This document shows, in pieces, positions 11,024 through 19,634 of a DNA stretch of 32,000 nt; within the stretch, counting starts at the first letter, position 1; each line of letters begins with the position of its first letter. The notes under the pieces are model-generated. The model saw only the letters and a list, made by a program, of their open reading frames with translations, was not told the origin of the DNA and ran no database searches. The translations under genes were made by a program, and so were the position numbers. Source of the DNA: Methanocaldococcus jannaschii DSM 2661 (lineage in GTDB: Archaea > AGJL01 > Methanococci > Methanococcales > Methanocaldococcaceae); assembly GCF_000091665.1 (NCBI RefSeq), contig NC_000909.1, positions 1,464,118-1,496,117 on the forward strand, given 5' to 3'.

Positions 11024-12124
11024 TTAATACTTTCCATAAGTAAGAATTCTCACAATTCTTTCTCCACTTTTCCCATTTCCAAATGGATTTTTCCAATTTC
11101 TCTTTTTATTGAGCATTATTTCAACCGCTTTAATTAGCTTTTCTTTGTTATCACCAACTAATATATTAGCTCCAACTTCAACTGTTTCTGGCCTCTCAGT
11201 ATTGTCTCTCAAAGTTATACATGGGACTTTTAAGATACATGCCTCTTCTTGAACTCCTCCACTATCTGTTAAAATTAGCTCGGCATTTTTTTCCAGCATT
11301 AGAAATTCCAAATAGCCAACTGGCTCAATAATTTTTATTTTTTTATTGCTTTTTAGTTTATCAAACAAATTAAACTCTTTCAATCTTTTTTTAGTTCGTG
11401 GATGGATTGAGAAAATAATAGCTTTATCGTATATCTCAATTATCTCAAATATTCCCTCTACAATATTTTTTAATCTTTCTTTATTATCAACATTTTCAGC
11501 CCTATGTAGGGTTAATAAAAAATAATCATCATCAATAACAACACTATTAAAAAAAGCTCTAACGTTTTCATTTTTTTCAGCAATTTTTAAATTTTGTAGG
11601 GTGGCATCAACAATTGTATTTCCCACAACAAAAATCTTATTTTCTTCAATGCCCTCTCTTAATAAATTATTCTTAGCTATTTCAGTTGGAGCAAAGAGAT
11701 AACTGCTTATATGGTCAGTCAAAACTCTATTTATCTCCTCTGGCATGTTTCTATCAAAACTTCTTAATCCTGCTTCAACATGAGCTACATCTATCTTTAA
11801 TTTTGAGGCTACTAAAGCTCCTGCTAAAACAGTGTTTGTATCTCCCTGAACTACAACAACATCCGGTTTTTCTTTTAAAAGAACTTTTTCTATCTCTATT
11901 AACATCTTTCCTGTCTGCTCTCCATGAGTTCCAGAGCCAATATTAAGATTATACTTTGGATTTGGTAGATTTAACTCCTCAAAGAATATTTTATCCATAT
12001 TCTCAGAATAATGCTGATTAGTGTGGATGATATGCCAGTCTATGTTAGTTTTTTCTAAAGCTCTAATTATAGGAGAAAGTTTTATAATTTCAGGTCTTGT
12101 CCCTAAGATAATAGAGAGTTTCAT
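11024..12124 (-). CDS. wecB: UDP-N-acetylglucosamine 2-epimerase (non-hydrolysing)
   Basis: Family blocks ILGTRPEIIKLSP, VVVQGDTNT, HVEAGLRSFD, HRAENVD and TDSGGVQEEA. Confidence 0.9.
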   Translation of the reverse strand: MKLSIILGTRPEIIKLSPIIRALEKTNIDWHIIHTNQHYSENMDKIFFEELNLPNPKYNLNIGSGTHGEQTGKMLIEIEKVLLKEKPDVVVVQGDTNTVLAGALVASKLKIDVAHVEAGLRSFDRNMPEEINRVLTDHISSYLFAPTEIAKNNLLREGIEENKIFVVGNTIVDATLQNLKIAEKNENVRAFFNSVVIDDDYFLLTLHRAENVDNKERLKNIVEGIFEIIEIYDKAIIFSIHPRTKKRLKEFNLFDKLKSNKKIKIIEPVGYLEFLMLEKNAELILTDSGGVQEEACILKVPCITLRDNTERPETVEVGANILVGDNKEKLIKAVEIMLNKKRNWKNPFGNGKSGERIVRILTYGKY

Positions 12125-12126
12125 TT

Positions 12127-14463
12127 TTATCCCTCATATTCTGCTGTTAAAACCTCTCTAATCTTTTTAGCTCTCTCTTTTCCGACTCCTTCAACTTTCA
12201 TTAATTCCTCTTCTTTTGCTGTAAATACATTTTCAACTGTTTTAAAGTGCTTTAACAACCTCTCAGCTAATGCTCCACCAACGTCTGGCAAACTCTCAAC
12301 AATAAATTTCTGTTGTTCTTTTAAGGACATTGCTGTCTTTCCATACCTTACCATAACTGTTCTTTTCTCTTTTATTTGCTCTTTCTCAGCAATCTTTATT
12401 AATAAATCAGCTGTTTCTTCAGCATTTTTTGTAAATATTATTGGGATGCCAAAATCCAAAATTATTGATAAAATAGCCCCTTTAAGTGCATTTTCATGTA
12501 ATCTACTAAAGTTTTCACCTTCAACTATTAACAGAGGTTTTTCAACTTTTTTAAGATTTTTTAATTGGCTAAATAACCTCTTATCAATTATTGAATTTAC
12601 AAAGTCTTCAGCTGTCTTTCTCTCAACAACTACCCTATCACTTAAAACATAATCTCCCACTTCTAATGTTTTTAGCTCAATATTTGCATAATTATGTAAA
12701 AGCTTAGCCATATTCTTCTCTCTAACATCTACAATAATCTTTATTGGCTTTTTCGGAATTTTTATCTCTTGTTTTATTTTATCTTCTTCTGATTTAGACC
12801 TTTCCTTAACTTCAATCTGTTTAATGAAATCTAATATCGTTACTGGCTTTTTGGTTTTTTCTTCTTCCTCCTTAGTTTCTTCTTTTACTGCAGTTTTTGA
12901 TTCAATTTCTTTTTCTTTTATTTCTTCTGTCTCTTCCTTTATTTCCTCTTTAGATTTTTCTTCAAATTTCTTCTGTAACCTCTTATTTAGCAAATAACAC
13001 ATATTTTTTAATAATCTCTTCATCTCCCTTTCTTTGTATAAAGCACTCCTGTAATAAGCTTCATCAGCTGTTCCCTTAGCTATTAAAACATAAACCTTCC
13101 CTCCTTCTCCCCTCATCGCTCTACCTCTCCTCTGAATAAACCTAATTTCTGATGGCACTGGTTCATAAAATATGATGTAATTTACCGATGGAATATCTAT
13201 TCCCTCCTCAGAAACGCTTGTTGAAACTAAAACACTTCCCTCTTTTTTAAATCTCTCTATAGCTTCTATTTGCTCTTTCTGACTCATTCCCTTTCCTTCT
13301 TTATTTGCCTGTCCTATAAATCTTATTGCTTTAATTCCATTTTGAGTTAAGAGATTAACAATCTTCTCTACAGTGTCCCTATATTGAGCAAAGATAATAA
13401 TTCTCTCATCCTTATTTTTTTCCAAAATATTTTTAACCATATCAACAACTTTACCTAATTTTGGATGTTCTACATCTGATTTCATTAATAAATTAACTGC
13501 CTCTCTAACTTTTTCATCATTAACAATAGATTTAGCTGATTTTGTTCTTTGCATGGATAATTTATTTATATAGTTTAAAAATACACTCTTTCCTTGACTC
13601 TCTAAGAGTTCTTTGGCATGCATAAGTTTTAAAGCCTCTGAACAAACTTTTATAAGTTCATACTTCACTTCTTCATCATAGGAAAATAGCTTATTATTTA
13701 GCTCAATAAGTTCTGTTTTTGTTACATCGGCAATGGAATTTATAACTCCAGCATCTTTTAATATTTTTAATCTCTCCTTTAAAGCTTCATTTATTAATTT
13801 TAACGCTCTTTTAAATTCGTTGGGTAAATCAATTCTAATTGGGATAAGTTTTACTTTAGCAATGTATGGTTTTACATCCTCATCATCTTCAGTTCTCACT
13901 TCAACGTGCTCAATTCCTAAGTTTTCACAAATTTCCATGACTTTATCAATATCAGAACCTGGAGATGCCGTTAAACCTAAAATATGACATTTATCTTTAA
14001 ATTTTTTTGCTACAAATGCATAGGCATGGTCTCCTGTTGTGTGGTGGGCTTCATCAGCTATCAATAAAATAAATTCATCCACATTTATTCTTCCAGCTAT
14101 GATATCGTTTTCTATAACTTGTGGTGTAGCTATAAAGATTTTCCCTTTTTTATAGAGTTCAGCTCTCTTTTTTGGCTGGATTTTTCCAGTTAAAGCTATT
14201 ATTTTATCTTCATCAATGTTTAAAACCTGTTTTAATCTGTTGTAGTGTTGCTCAACCAAAGGTCTTGAAGGGGCTAAGATTAAAACCTTTCCATCCTTTT
14301 TTGTTAAAATACCTGCTATAACTAAAATAGCAATAGCTGTTTTACCTAAACCTGTCGATAAAACACATAATGTCTTTTTCTTTAAAGCATTTGCTGCAAT
14401 AATCTGCTGATACAACCTCGCCTCCAAAGTTTTTGGTTTTATTAATGGATGTTCAATAAACAT
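12127..14463 (-). CDS. hef: Hef-type helicase-nuclease (SF2 DEAH helicase + XPF/Mus81 ERCC4 nuclease + HhH2)
   Basis: Walker A STGLGKT, DEAH box (IADEAHH), motif VI QRRGRAMR. ERCC4 motif GDYVLSDRVVVERKTAEDF. Terminal HhH (VEGVGKERAKKI). The track start is TTG at 14481, and the ATG at 14463 (MFIEHP) is more likely. Confidence 0.9.
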   Translation of the reverse strand: MFIEHPLIKPKTLEARLYQQIIAANALKKKTLCVLSTGLGKTAIAILVIAGILTKKDGKVLILAPSRPLVEQHYNRLKQVLNIDEDKIIALTGKIQPKKRAELYKKGKIFIATPQVIENDIIAGRINVDEFILLIADEAHHTTGDHAYAFVAKKFKDKCHILGLTASPGSDIDKVMEICENLGIEHVEVRTEDDEDVKPYIAKVKLIPIRIDLPNEFKRALKLINEALKERLKILKDAGVINSIADVTKTELIELNNKLFSYDEEVKYELIKVCSEALKLMHAKELLESQGKSVFLNYINKLSMQRTKSAKSIVNDEKVREAVNLLMKSDVEHPKLGKVVDMVKNILEKNKDERIIIFAQYRDTVEKIVNLLTQNGIKAIRFIGQANKEGKGMSQKEQIEAIERFKKEGSVLVSTSVSEEGIDIPSVNYIIFYEPVPSEIRFIQRRGRAMRGEGGKVYVLIAKGTADEAYYRSALYKEREMKRLLKNMCYLLNKRLQKKFEEKSKEEIKEETEEIKEKEIESKTAVKEETKEEEEKTKKPVTILDFIKQIEVKERSKSEEDKIKQEIKIPKKPIKIIVDVREKNMAKLLHNYANIELKTLEVGDYVLSDRVVVERKTAEDFVNSIIDKRLFSQLKNLKKVEKPLLIVEGENFSRLHENALKGAILSIILDFGIPIIFTKNAEETADLLIKIAEKEQIKEKRTVMVRYGKTAMSLKEQQKFIVESLPDVGGALAERLLKHFKTVENVFTAKEEELMKVEGVGKERAKKIREVLTAEYEG

Positions 14464-14641
14464 AGTTATCCTACTCTTCAATTGTTCTTTAAAAATTATA
14501 AAAGTAGCAAAAAATAGTTTTTAGTATCTAATAGAACTTTTGTGTTTGCATATGACATTAGAATATTAAATTTATAACTTTACAAAAATATGGATATCGA
14601 CATATTGCCAATAAATTATTTATTCATTACGAGAGTTCTAT

Positions 14642-15826
14642 TTAAATTTCCTCAAATTCCTCAAACTCCTGATGTCTCTTTCTTTTTCTAATATATAGGA
14701 TAATTATTATAACAACAATTACTCCTCCAATTATATACATTGGACTTAATGATTCCTCTTTTTTAACTTTTTCTACATGTATATTGAATGTCTCTGTAGC
14801 GTTATATGGGTTGTGATAGTCATCAAAGTATGTAACAGTTACCTTAATTGGAATATCCCCAAACTCCTTTATTTCAAAGATTGAAGTGTCATAATCATCT
14901 TCATCCAAATCTCCAATATACTTGGTATAATTCCTCCCATTTGCAGTTAAAGTCATTACACAATGCTTAATCTTTGTAGTTCCCCTATTTGCAATTCCAA
15001 TAGTTATCTCTATATAATCTCCTTTATTTTTTACATCATCTAAATAAATATACGGCTGGTTTGCATAAATCTTCTTTACAACCCTTATATTTAAAGGAAT
15101 TGTTGAATTATACTGCTTACCATCCTCCCCAACCCAAAATAAGTTTGCATTAATTGAGTATATGCCATCCTCAATTTCTGGAACTGCGTATATTTTTATA
15201 GGGATGATATATTGATTATTTGCTTTTAAACATCCAACAAAAATTAAACTTCCTCCTAAAATATTGATTTTATCATTTCCAATTAAATAAAGGTTTAAAT
15301 ATTTTGCATTTCCAGTTCCTACATTTTTTATGTCTAATTTTATAGTTTTTGTTTTTCCTGGAATTATTGAAGTATCATCTATATTAATTTCAAAGCTTGC
15401 TATTCCATAAACATGTAGATAATAGATTTTAGTTATTTCATAGTGGTGGCTTGTTTCTTTTCCATCCTCTTTATCAACTTCATCATAACTTACTTTTACG
15501 TCTATCCTATAATCTCTTGATGGGGCGTTTTCATCAACATGTAGTTTGAAATATACAGTGTCTGATTCTCCAGGATTTAAATGGCTGATTGTTGCTTTCC
15601 CCTTAATTGGATTAACCTGCCTCAACTCAAATGGATAGTGTGGAGTTACTTCAACAACTATGTTTTTAACTTCATTATCATAATTATCATTGTTTATCTT
15701 AATCCACAAATCCACATCATCCCCAGGATGAATAACATTCGGCTGATACTGAGGAGCATCTATTTGAATGGCAGATATTGAAGATAGCAAAATAAATCCA
15801 ATTAAAATTATCAAAAGTTTCTTCAT
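14642..15826 (-). CDS. Secreted, C-terminally anchored surface protein with repeated beta-sandwich (CARDB/S-layer-like) modules
   Basis: Signal peptide MKKLLIILIGFILLSSISA starts at the internal Met (15826 or 15829), which is preceded by a GGGGGAT SD. Repeated beta-rich segments. C-terminal TM segment (IIGGVIVVIIIILYI) plus a charged tail. The 43-aa N-terminal extension in the track (to 15955) is probably spurious. Confidence 0.65.
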   Translation of the reverse strand: MKKLLIILIGFILLSSISAIQIDAPQYQPNVIHPGDDVDLWIKINNDNYDNEVKNIVVEVTPHYPFELRQVNPIKGKATISHLNPGESDTVYFKLHVDENAPSRDYRIDVKVSYDEVDKEDGKETSHHYEITKIYYLHVYGIASFEINIDDTSIIPGKTKTIKLDIKNVGTGNAKYLNLYLIGNDKINILGGSLIFVGCLKANNQYIIPIKIYAVPEIEDGIYSINANLFWVGEDGKQYNSTIPLNIRVVKKIYANQPYIYLDDVKNKGDYIEITIGIANRGTTKIKHCVMTLTANGRNYTKYIGDLDEDDYDTSIFEIKEFGDIPIKVTVTYFDDYHNPYNATETFNIHVEKVKKEESLSPMYIIGGVIVVIIIILYIRKRKRHQEFEEFEEI

Positions 15827-15845
15827 CATAATCCCCCACATAAAT

Positions 15846-15886
15846 CTATATATAAAGCTTAAGCTTATATTTGTATATAAAGCTTT
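15846..15886. promoter_or_regulatory. Divergent promoter region with duplicated TATA-containing 12-mer
   Basis: TATATAAAGCTT occurs at 15849-15860 and 15874-15885. There are three AAGCTT hexamers, two of them in tandem at 15855-15866. The TATA boxes are placed for both the minus-strand surface protein (start 15826) and the plus-strand permease (start 15908). Confidence 0.45.
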
Positions 15887-15907
15887 AGATGTTTTTTGGG
15901 GAAGTCT

Positions 15908-17095
15908 ATGAAAGTTGATGATATAATTACTTTTGCATTTAAGAATATAAAGCAAAAAAGAACTCAGAGTTTATTGACGATTATTGGCATTGTAATAGGA
16001 GTTTTAGCAATGGTTAGCTTAATCTCTTTAGGATATGGTGTTCAAAATTACATACATGAGGAGATGATGAAAATGGGTTCTAATAAAATAACCATCCTGC
16101 CTATGAAACAGTTTGGCGTTCCTCCTTCACATCTATTTACAAAAAAAGAAATTAAAGCAATTAAAAATGTTAAAGGCGTTGATACAGTTATGTATGGTTG
16201 GTATGGAGGTTGTGAGATAGAATACAATGGAGAAAAGAAGTTTGTATCCTACTATTATGCAATCCCATCAAAATTAAGAGAGGTTTATAAGGATAGTGGT
16301 TACGATATTGAAGAGGGTAGATGGTTAGAGGATAATGACAAATATGCCTGTGTCATTGGCTATGGAACTGCCCATAACTTGTTTGATAGAGAGATAAAAG
16401 TTGGAGATGTAATAAAAATCAAAGATAAAAAATTCAGAGTTGTTGGAATTTTAAAGCAGATAGGAAATCAGCAGGATGATAATTCAATTATATTAAATAT
16501 TGATGTTGGAGAAAAATTATTTGGAAATGAGGGGAAATATAACTTTATCTCCGTAACAGTTAAAGAGGGGGAGGATATAGAAAAAGTTTCAGAGGAAATT
16601 AAAAAAGCTTTAAAAAAATCTTTTGGAGATGAGGACTTTTCTGTTTTAACTGCTGAGCAGTTAGCAAAGACAGTTAGCTCAGTCCTTGGAGTAATAACTA
16701 TATTTGTTGTTGGAGTTGCCGCTATATCTTTATTAGTTGGGGCTGTTGGAATCTCAAACACTATGCATATGAGTATTTTGGAGAGGAGGAAAGATATTGG
16801 AATATTAAAAGCATTGGGAGCAGAGACAACAGATATTTTAGCAATATTTGTTGTTGAGTCAGGATTTTTAGGTTTATTTGGTGGAATTGTTGGTTTAGTT
16901 TTAGGGATTTTATTGGCTGAGGTTATTGAAGCATTGGCTCACAAAATGGGTTATTTGATGGTTAATGCTTGGATTTCATGGGAGTTGATTGTTGGAGTTT
17001 TAATATTTTCATTCTTAGTTGGTGTCATAAGCGGTTATTTCCCAGCAAGAAGTGGGGCTAAGTTAAATCCAATAGAGACATTGAGGGGGGAATAA
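15908..17095 (+). CDS. ABC transporter permease, MacB/FtsX type
   Basis: N-terminal TM helix, a roughly 230-aa extracytoplasmic domain, then a C-terminal FtsX-like 3-TM bundle (ISLLVGAVGISNTM ... GYFPARSGAKLNPIETLR). The ATG at 15908 follows a GGGG SD. The track start at 15896 is a non-ATG codon. Confidence 0.85.
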   Translation: MKVDDIITFAFKNIKQKRTQSLLTIIGIVIGVLAMVSLISLGYGVQNYIHEEMMKMGSNKITILPMKQFGVPPSHLFTKKEIKAIKNVKGVDTVMYGWYGGCEIEYNGEKKFVSYYYAIPSKLREVYKDSGYDIEEGRWLEDNDKYACVIGYGTAHNLFDREIKVGDVIKIKDKKFRVVGILKQIGNQQDDNSIILNIDVGEKLFGNEGKYNFISVTVKEGEDIEKVSEEIKKALKKSFGDEDFSVLTAEQLAKTVSSVLGVITIFVVGVAAISLLVGAVGISNTMHMSILERRKDIGILKALGAETTDILAIFVVESGFLGLFGGIVGLVLGILLAEVIEALAHKMGYLMVNAWISWELIVGVLIFSFLVGVISGYFPARSGAKLNPIETLRGE

Positions 17096-17097
17096 TT

Positions 17098-17772
17098 TTG
17101 ATAGAAGCTAAAAATGTATGGAAAATCTATGGTAAAGGGGAAGCAAAAACCATAGCTTTAAAAAATATTAATTTAAAAATTGAAGAGGGAGAGTTTGTAA
17201 TGATAATGGGGCCGAGTGGATGTGGGAAATCTACCTTATTGAATATTTTAGCTCTCTTAGATACTCCAACAAAGGGGGAGGTTTATTATAAAGGGAGAAG
17301 AACAAGTTCAATGAGTGAAAATGAAAGGGCTATATTTAGGAGAAAGATTAGTGGATTTATATTTCAGCAATTCCACTTAATAAAAACATTAACAGCCTTA
17401 GAAAATGTTGAATTACCAATGATGTTAGATGAGAGAGATAAGAGTTATAGAAGGAAGAGGGCAAAAAAGCTTTTGGAGATGGTTGGTTTAGGAGATAGGT
17501 TGAATCATTACCCTCATCAATTGAGTGGAGGGCAACAACAAAGAGTTGCTATAGCAAGGGCTTTAGCAAACAACCCAAAAATAATATTTGCTGATGAGCC
17601 AACAGGAAATTTGGACAGCAAAAGTGGAATGGCTGTTATGAGTATCTTAAAAGGGTTGAATGAAAAAGGAATAACTATAATTATGGTTACACATGAGCAG
17701 GAATTGACAAAATATGCCTCAAAGATTATTAAGTTGAGAGATGGTGAGATAGTTGAAATAATCAATAAATAA
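17098..17772 (+). CDS. ABC transporter ATP-binding protein (MacB/LolD-like)
   Basis: Walker A GPSGCGKST, signature LSGGQQQRV, Walker B IIFADEPTGNLD, H-loop VTHE. Uses a TTG start 8 nt after a GAGGGGGG SD, with no in-frame ATG nearby. Confidence 0.92.
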   Translation: MIEAKNVWKIYGKGEAKTIALKNINLKIEEGEFVMIMGPSGCGKSTLLNILALLDTPTKGEVYYKGRRTSSMSENERAIFRRKISGFIFQQFHLIKTLTALENVELPMMLDERDKSYRRKRAKKLLEMVGLGDRLNHYPHQLSGGQQQRVAIARALANNPKIIFADEPTGNLDSKSGMAVMSILKGLNEKGITIIMVTHEQELTKYASKIIKLRDGEIVEIINK

Positions 17773-17825
17773 AAAATTTAACTATTAAAATAATCAAATT
17801 AAATATGGGAACTATAAAGGAAACC

Positions 17826-17835
17826 TTTATATATA
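17826..17835 (+). promoter_or_regulatory. Putative BRE/TATA promoter
   Basis: TTTATATATA preceded by purine-rich AAAGGAAAC, 67 nt upstream of the ATG at 17902. Confidence 0.4.
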
Positions 17836-17901
17836 AGTTTCGCAGAGGTATGTTATGAGAACATAAAATAAAAATTTTAAAAATTAAAAAGAGGGGATAG
17901 A

Positions 17902-18363
17902 ATGGCAGAAATGATAATTCCATACCCACAGCTTAAAAAGATAATGAAAACAACTTGTGAAATCGATTTGTATAAAACAGAGGCAGAGGACATAATGGAT
18001 GTTGTTGAGAAGAAATTAGCAGATTTATTTGAAGTAGCACACAGAAATGCAAAGGAAGAGAATGCAAAAATCATAAAGATGAGGCACATCCCATTAACAA
18101 AAGGATTTTTAAACTCAATGGAGTTATTTAGAAGCGTTATTGAAGAGGAAAACATAGTAGCTGAAACAATTAAAAAGTATGTTATGAAAAAAATACCTGG
18201 AGACTTACCTTTGGATGACATAGTTGTTGATAACCTTCCATTAATAACAGGAACAATATTTATTGTAGTTGGTAGAGTAATTAAAGCGTTACATGAAGAT
18301 ATTGAGAGAATAAGAAAAGAGCATATTGAAGAAGCTAAGAAAGTATTAGACTACACATTATAA
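17902..18363 (+). CDS. Histone-fold-like protein (two tandem histone-fold halves, DUF1931-like)
   Basis: Helix-loop-helix pattern [36 protein letters not shown] resembles an archaeal histone alpha2-L2-alpha3 unit. A second helical half follows. GAGGGGA SD. The family call is from pattern recall only. Confidence 0.4.
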
Positions 18364-18380
18364 TCGCTATTTTTCATTTT

Positions 18381-18962
18381 TTATTTTTTCAGTTCATCCA
18401 ATCTATTTGCCCATCTCATTAAAATTTCTCTTGCTCTTTTAAGTTTAGAGTTGCTGTAGTCCAATAAAAATTTTAAGTAATTATTATCAACAAATATCTC
18501 CCCATCTTCTCCTATAGGGGTATCTACCTTATAAGTTGTTAAAATTTCAACAATAACTCTTTTATCTGAAATTGATTTTATGGAAGAGGCTTTTAATCCA
18601 GAGTGTATTGCTAATTCAAGCATCTTTTTTGCTGATTCTATATCTTTACATGCAATATGCAATATGGGGGAGTTCATAACAAAAACTATATAACCCTCTT
18701 TTTTGTTTTTTAAAGCGTTAAATAACTCATCATAAGAGGCATAGTGATGCCACTTCCCAAGCCATCTTGAATATAGCTTTGGATTCTTATCTTTGGGAAT
18801 TTCCATTATTCCAACCCTACCAATACAGCTTGAGGTTGTGTAATAATTATCGATTTCATTGATTTTGTTTAGTATTGGAATTATCTCCTCATCAACTAAG
18901 CCCTCTCTTATAGCAAGTTCTAAATTCATTAATGTCCTCTTTTTATCCTCTAAAAACCCCAT
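18381..18962 (-). CDS. taw3: tRNA wyosine-derivative methyltransferase Taw3/TYW3 family
   Basis: Conserved (S/T)xSSCxGR motif (TTSSCIGRV) near residue 45. About 190 aa, typical of archaeal Taw3. Confidence 0.7.
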   Translation of the reverse strand: MGFLEDKKRTLMNLELAIREGLVDEEIIPILNKINEIDNYYTTSSCIGRVGIMEIPKDKNPKLYSRWLGKWHHYASYDELFNALKNKKEGYIVFVMNSPILHIACKDIESAKKMLELAIHSGLKASSIKSISDKRVIVEILTTYKVDTPIGEDGEIFVDNNYLKFLLDYSNSKLKRAREILMRWANRLDELKK

Positions 18963-19129
18963 ATTTTCACCTATATATTAATTAATATAACTGTGCAAAT
19001 TTATGCCACTATAAAATCTTATGGATATAATTAGCGGATTTAAATTTCTATGTTTTTTATATTATAAAATTAATTATGTATAATTGTGGTTAAAACACCA
19101 CACAACAATGAACAACCATTGAGGATAGT

Positions 19130-19453
19130 ATGGCAGAGTTCGTTCCAGCAGAGACAATTGAAGTTGTAAAGAAAAACTGCCCAGAGTTTTATGAGGCTGT
19201 TGCCAATTTGCAGAAGGAGGTTTTCAGTGGGAAAAAATTAGATGAAAAGATGCAGAGATTGGTTTTGTTAGCGGTTGTTGCAACATTGGGGGATGAAAAA
19301 GCAGTTAAAAGACAGACAAAAAAGTTAATGGAAATGGGGGCAACAATTGAAGAGATTCAGGATGTTATGAAAGTTGTGTATATAGGAGCGGGTATGCCAA
19401 GATTTATAAAGGCAGTTGAGGCAATATTAGAAGTTGCTGGAGACCAGTGTTAA
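19130..19453 (+). CDS. Carboxymuconolactone decarboxylase (AhpD-like) family protein
   Basis: 107-aa all-helical ORF with an LDEKMQRLVLLAVVATLG ... IEEIQDVMKVVYIGAGMP pattern typical of the CMD domain. Confidence 0.65.
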   Translation: MAEFVPAETIEVVKKNCPEFYEAVANLQKEVFSGKKLDEKMQRLVLLAVVATLGDEKAVKRQTKKLMEMGATIEEIQDVMKVVYIGAGMPRFIKAVEAILEVAGDQC

Positions 19454-19465
19454 TTCTACTCCATA

Positions 19466-19484
19466 TTTTTTTATTTTATTTTTT
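19466..19484 (+). terminator. Oligo-T archaeal terminator candidate
   Basis: TTTTTTTATTTTATTTTTT begins 13 nt after the CMD-family stop codon. Confidence 0.4.
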
Positions 19485-19634
19485 AATATTATATCTATAT
19501 ATTTAAATATATAGATTAATGTTCTTACAAAAACAAATAATAAAGTTTTTAAACCCAAATAAACCAAATGAACATAAAAATTAAATTATAATCTATCAGA
19601 TTCTCTAATAAATATTCATTGACTTGGTGTTATT

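Noticed and set aside
15827-15955. N-terminal 43-aa extension of the surface-protein ORF, which would overlap the divergent permease gene
   Set aside because: The internal Met at 15826/15829 is followed at once by a textbook signal peptide and preceded by a GGGGGAT SD. The extension would cover the TATA boxes and the neighbouring gene's start.
17838-17865. Partial match to the repeat-element TIR (GTTTCGCAG versus CTTTCGCAG), followed by a small hairpin TATGTT-atgag-AACATA in the leader of the 17902 gene
   Set aside because: Only 8 of 9 nt match, there is no partner inverted repeat, and the 6-bp AT-rich hairpin is within chance expectation.
19085-19102. Inverted repeat TGTGGT-n6-ACCACA 28 nt upstream of the CMD-family gene
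   Set aside because: It is a short 6-bp stem that occurs once and overlaps the expected SD/leader. It could be an operator, but the sequence alone does not support that.
19493-19516. Perfect 24-bp palindrome ATCTATATATTTAAATATATAGAT between the CMD-family gene and rgy
   Set aside because: It consists almost entirely of TA repeats in an extremely AT-rich intergenic region, so a chance palindrome or overlapping bidirectional TATA-like sequence is likely. There is no second copy or flanking structure to suggest an element.
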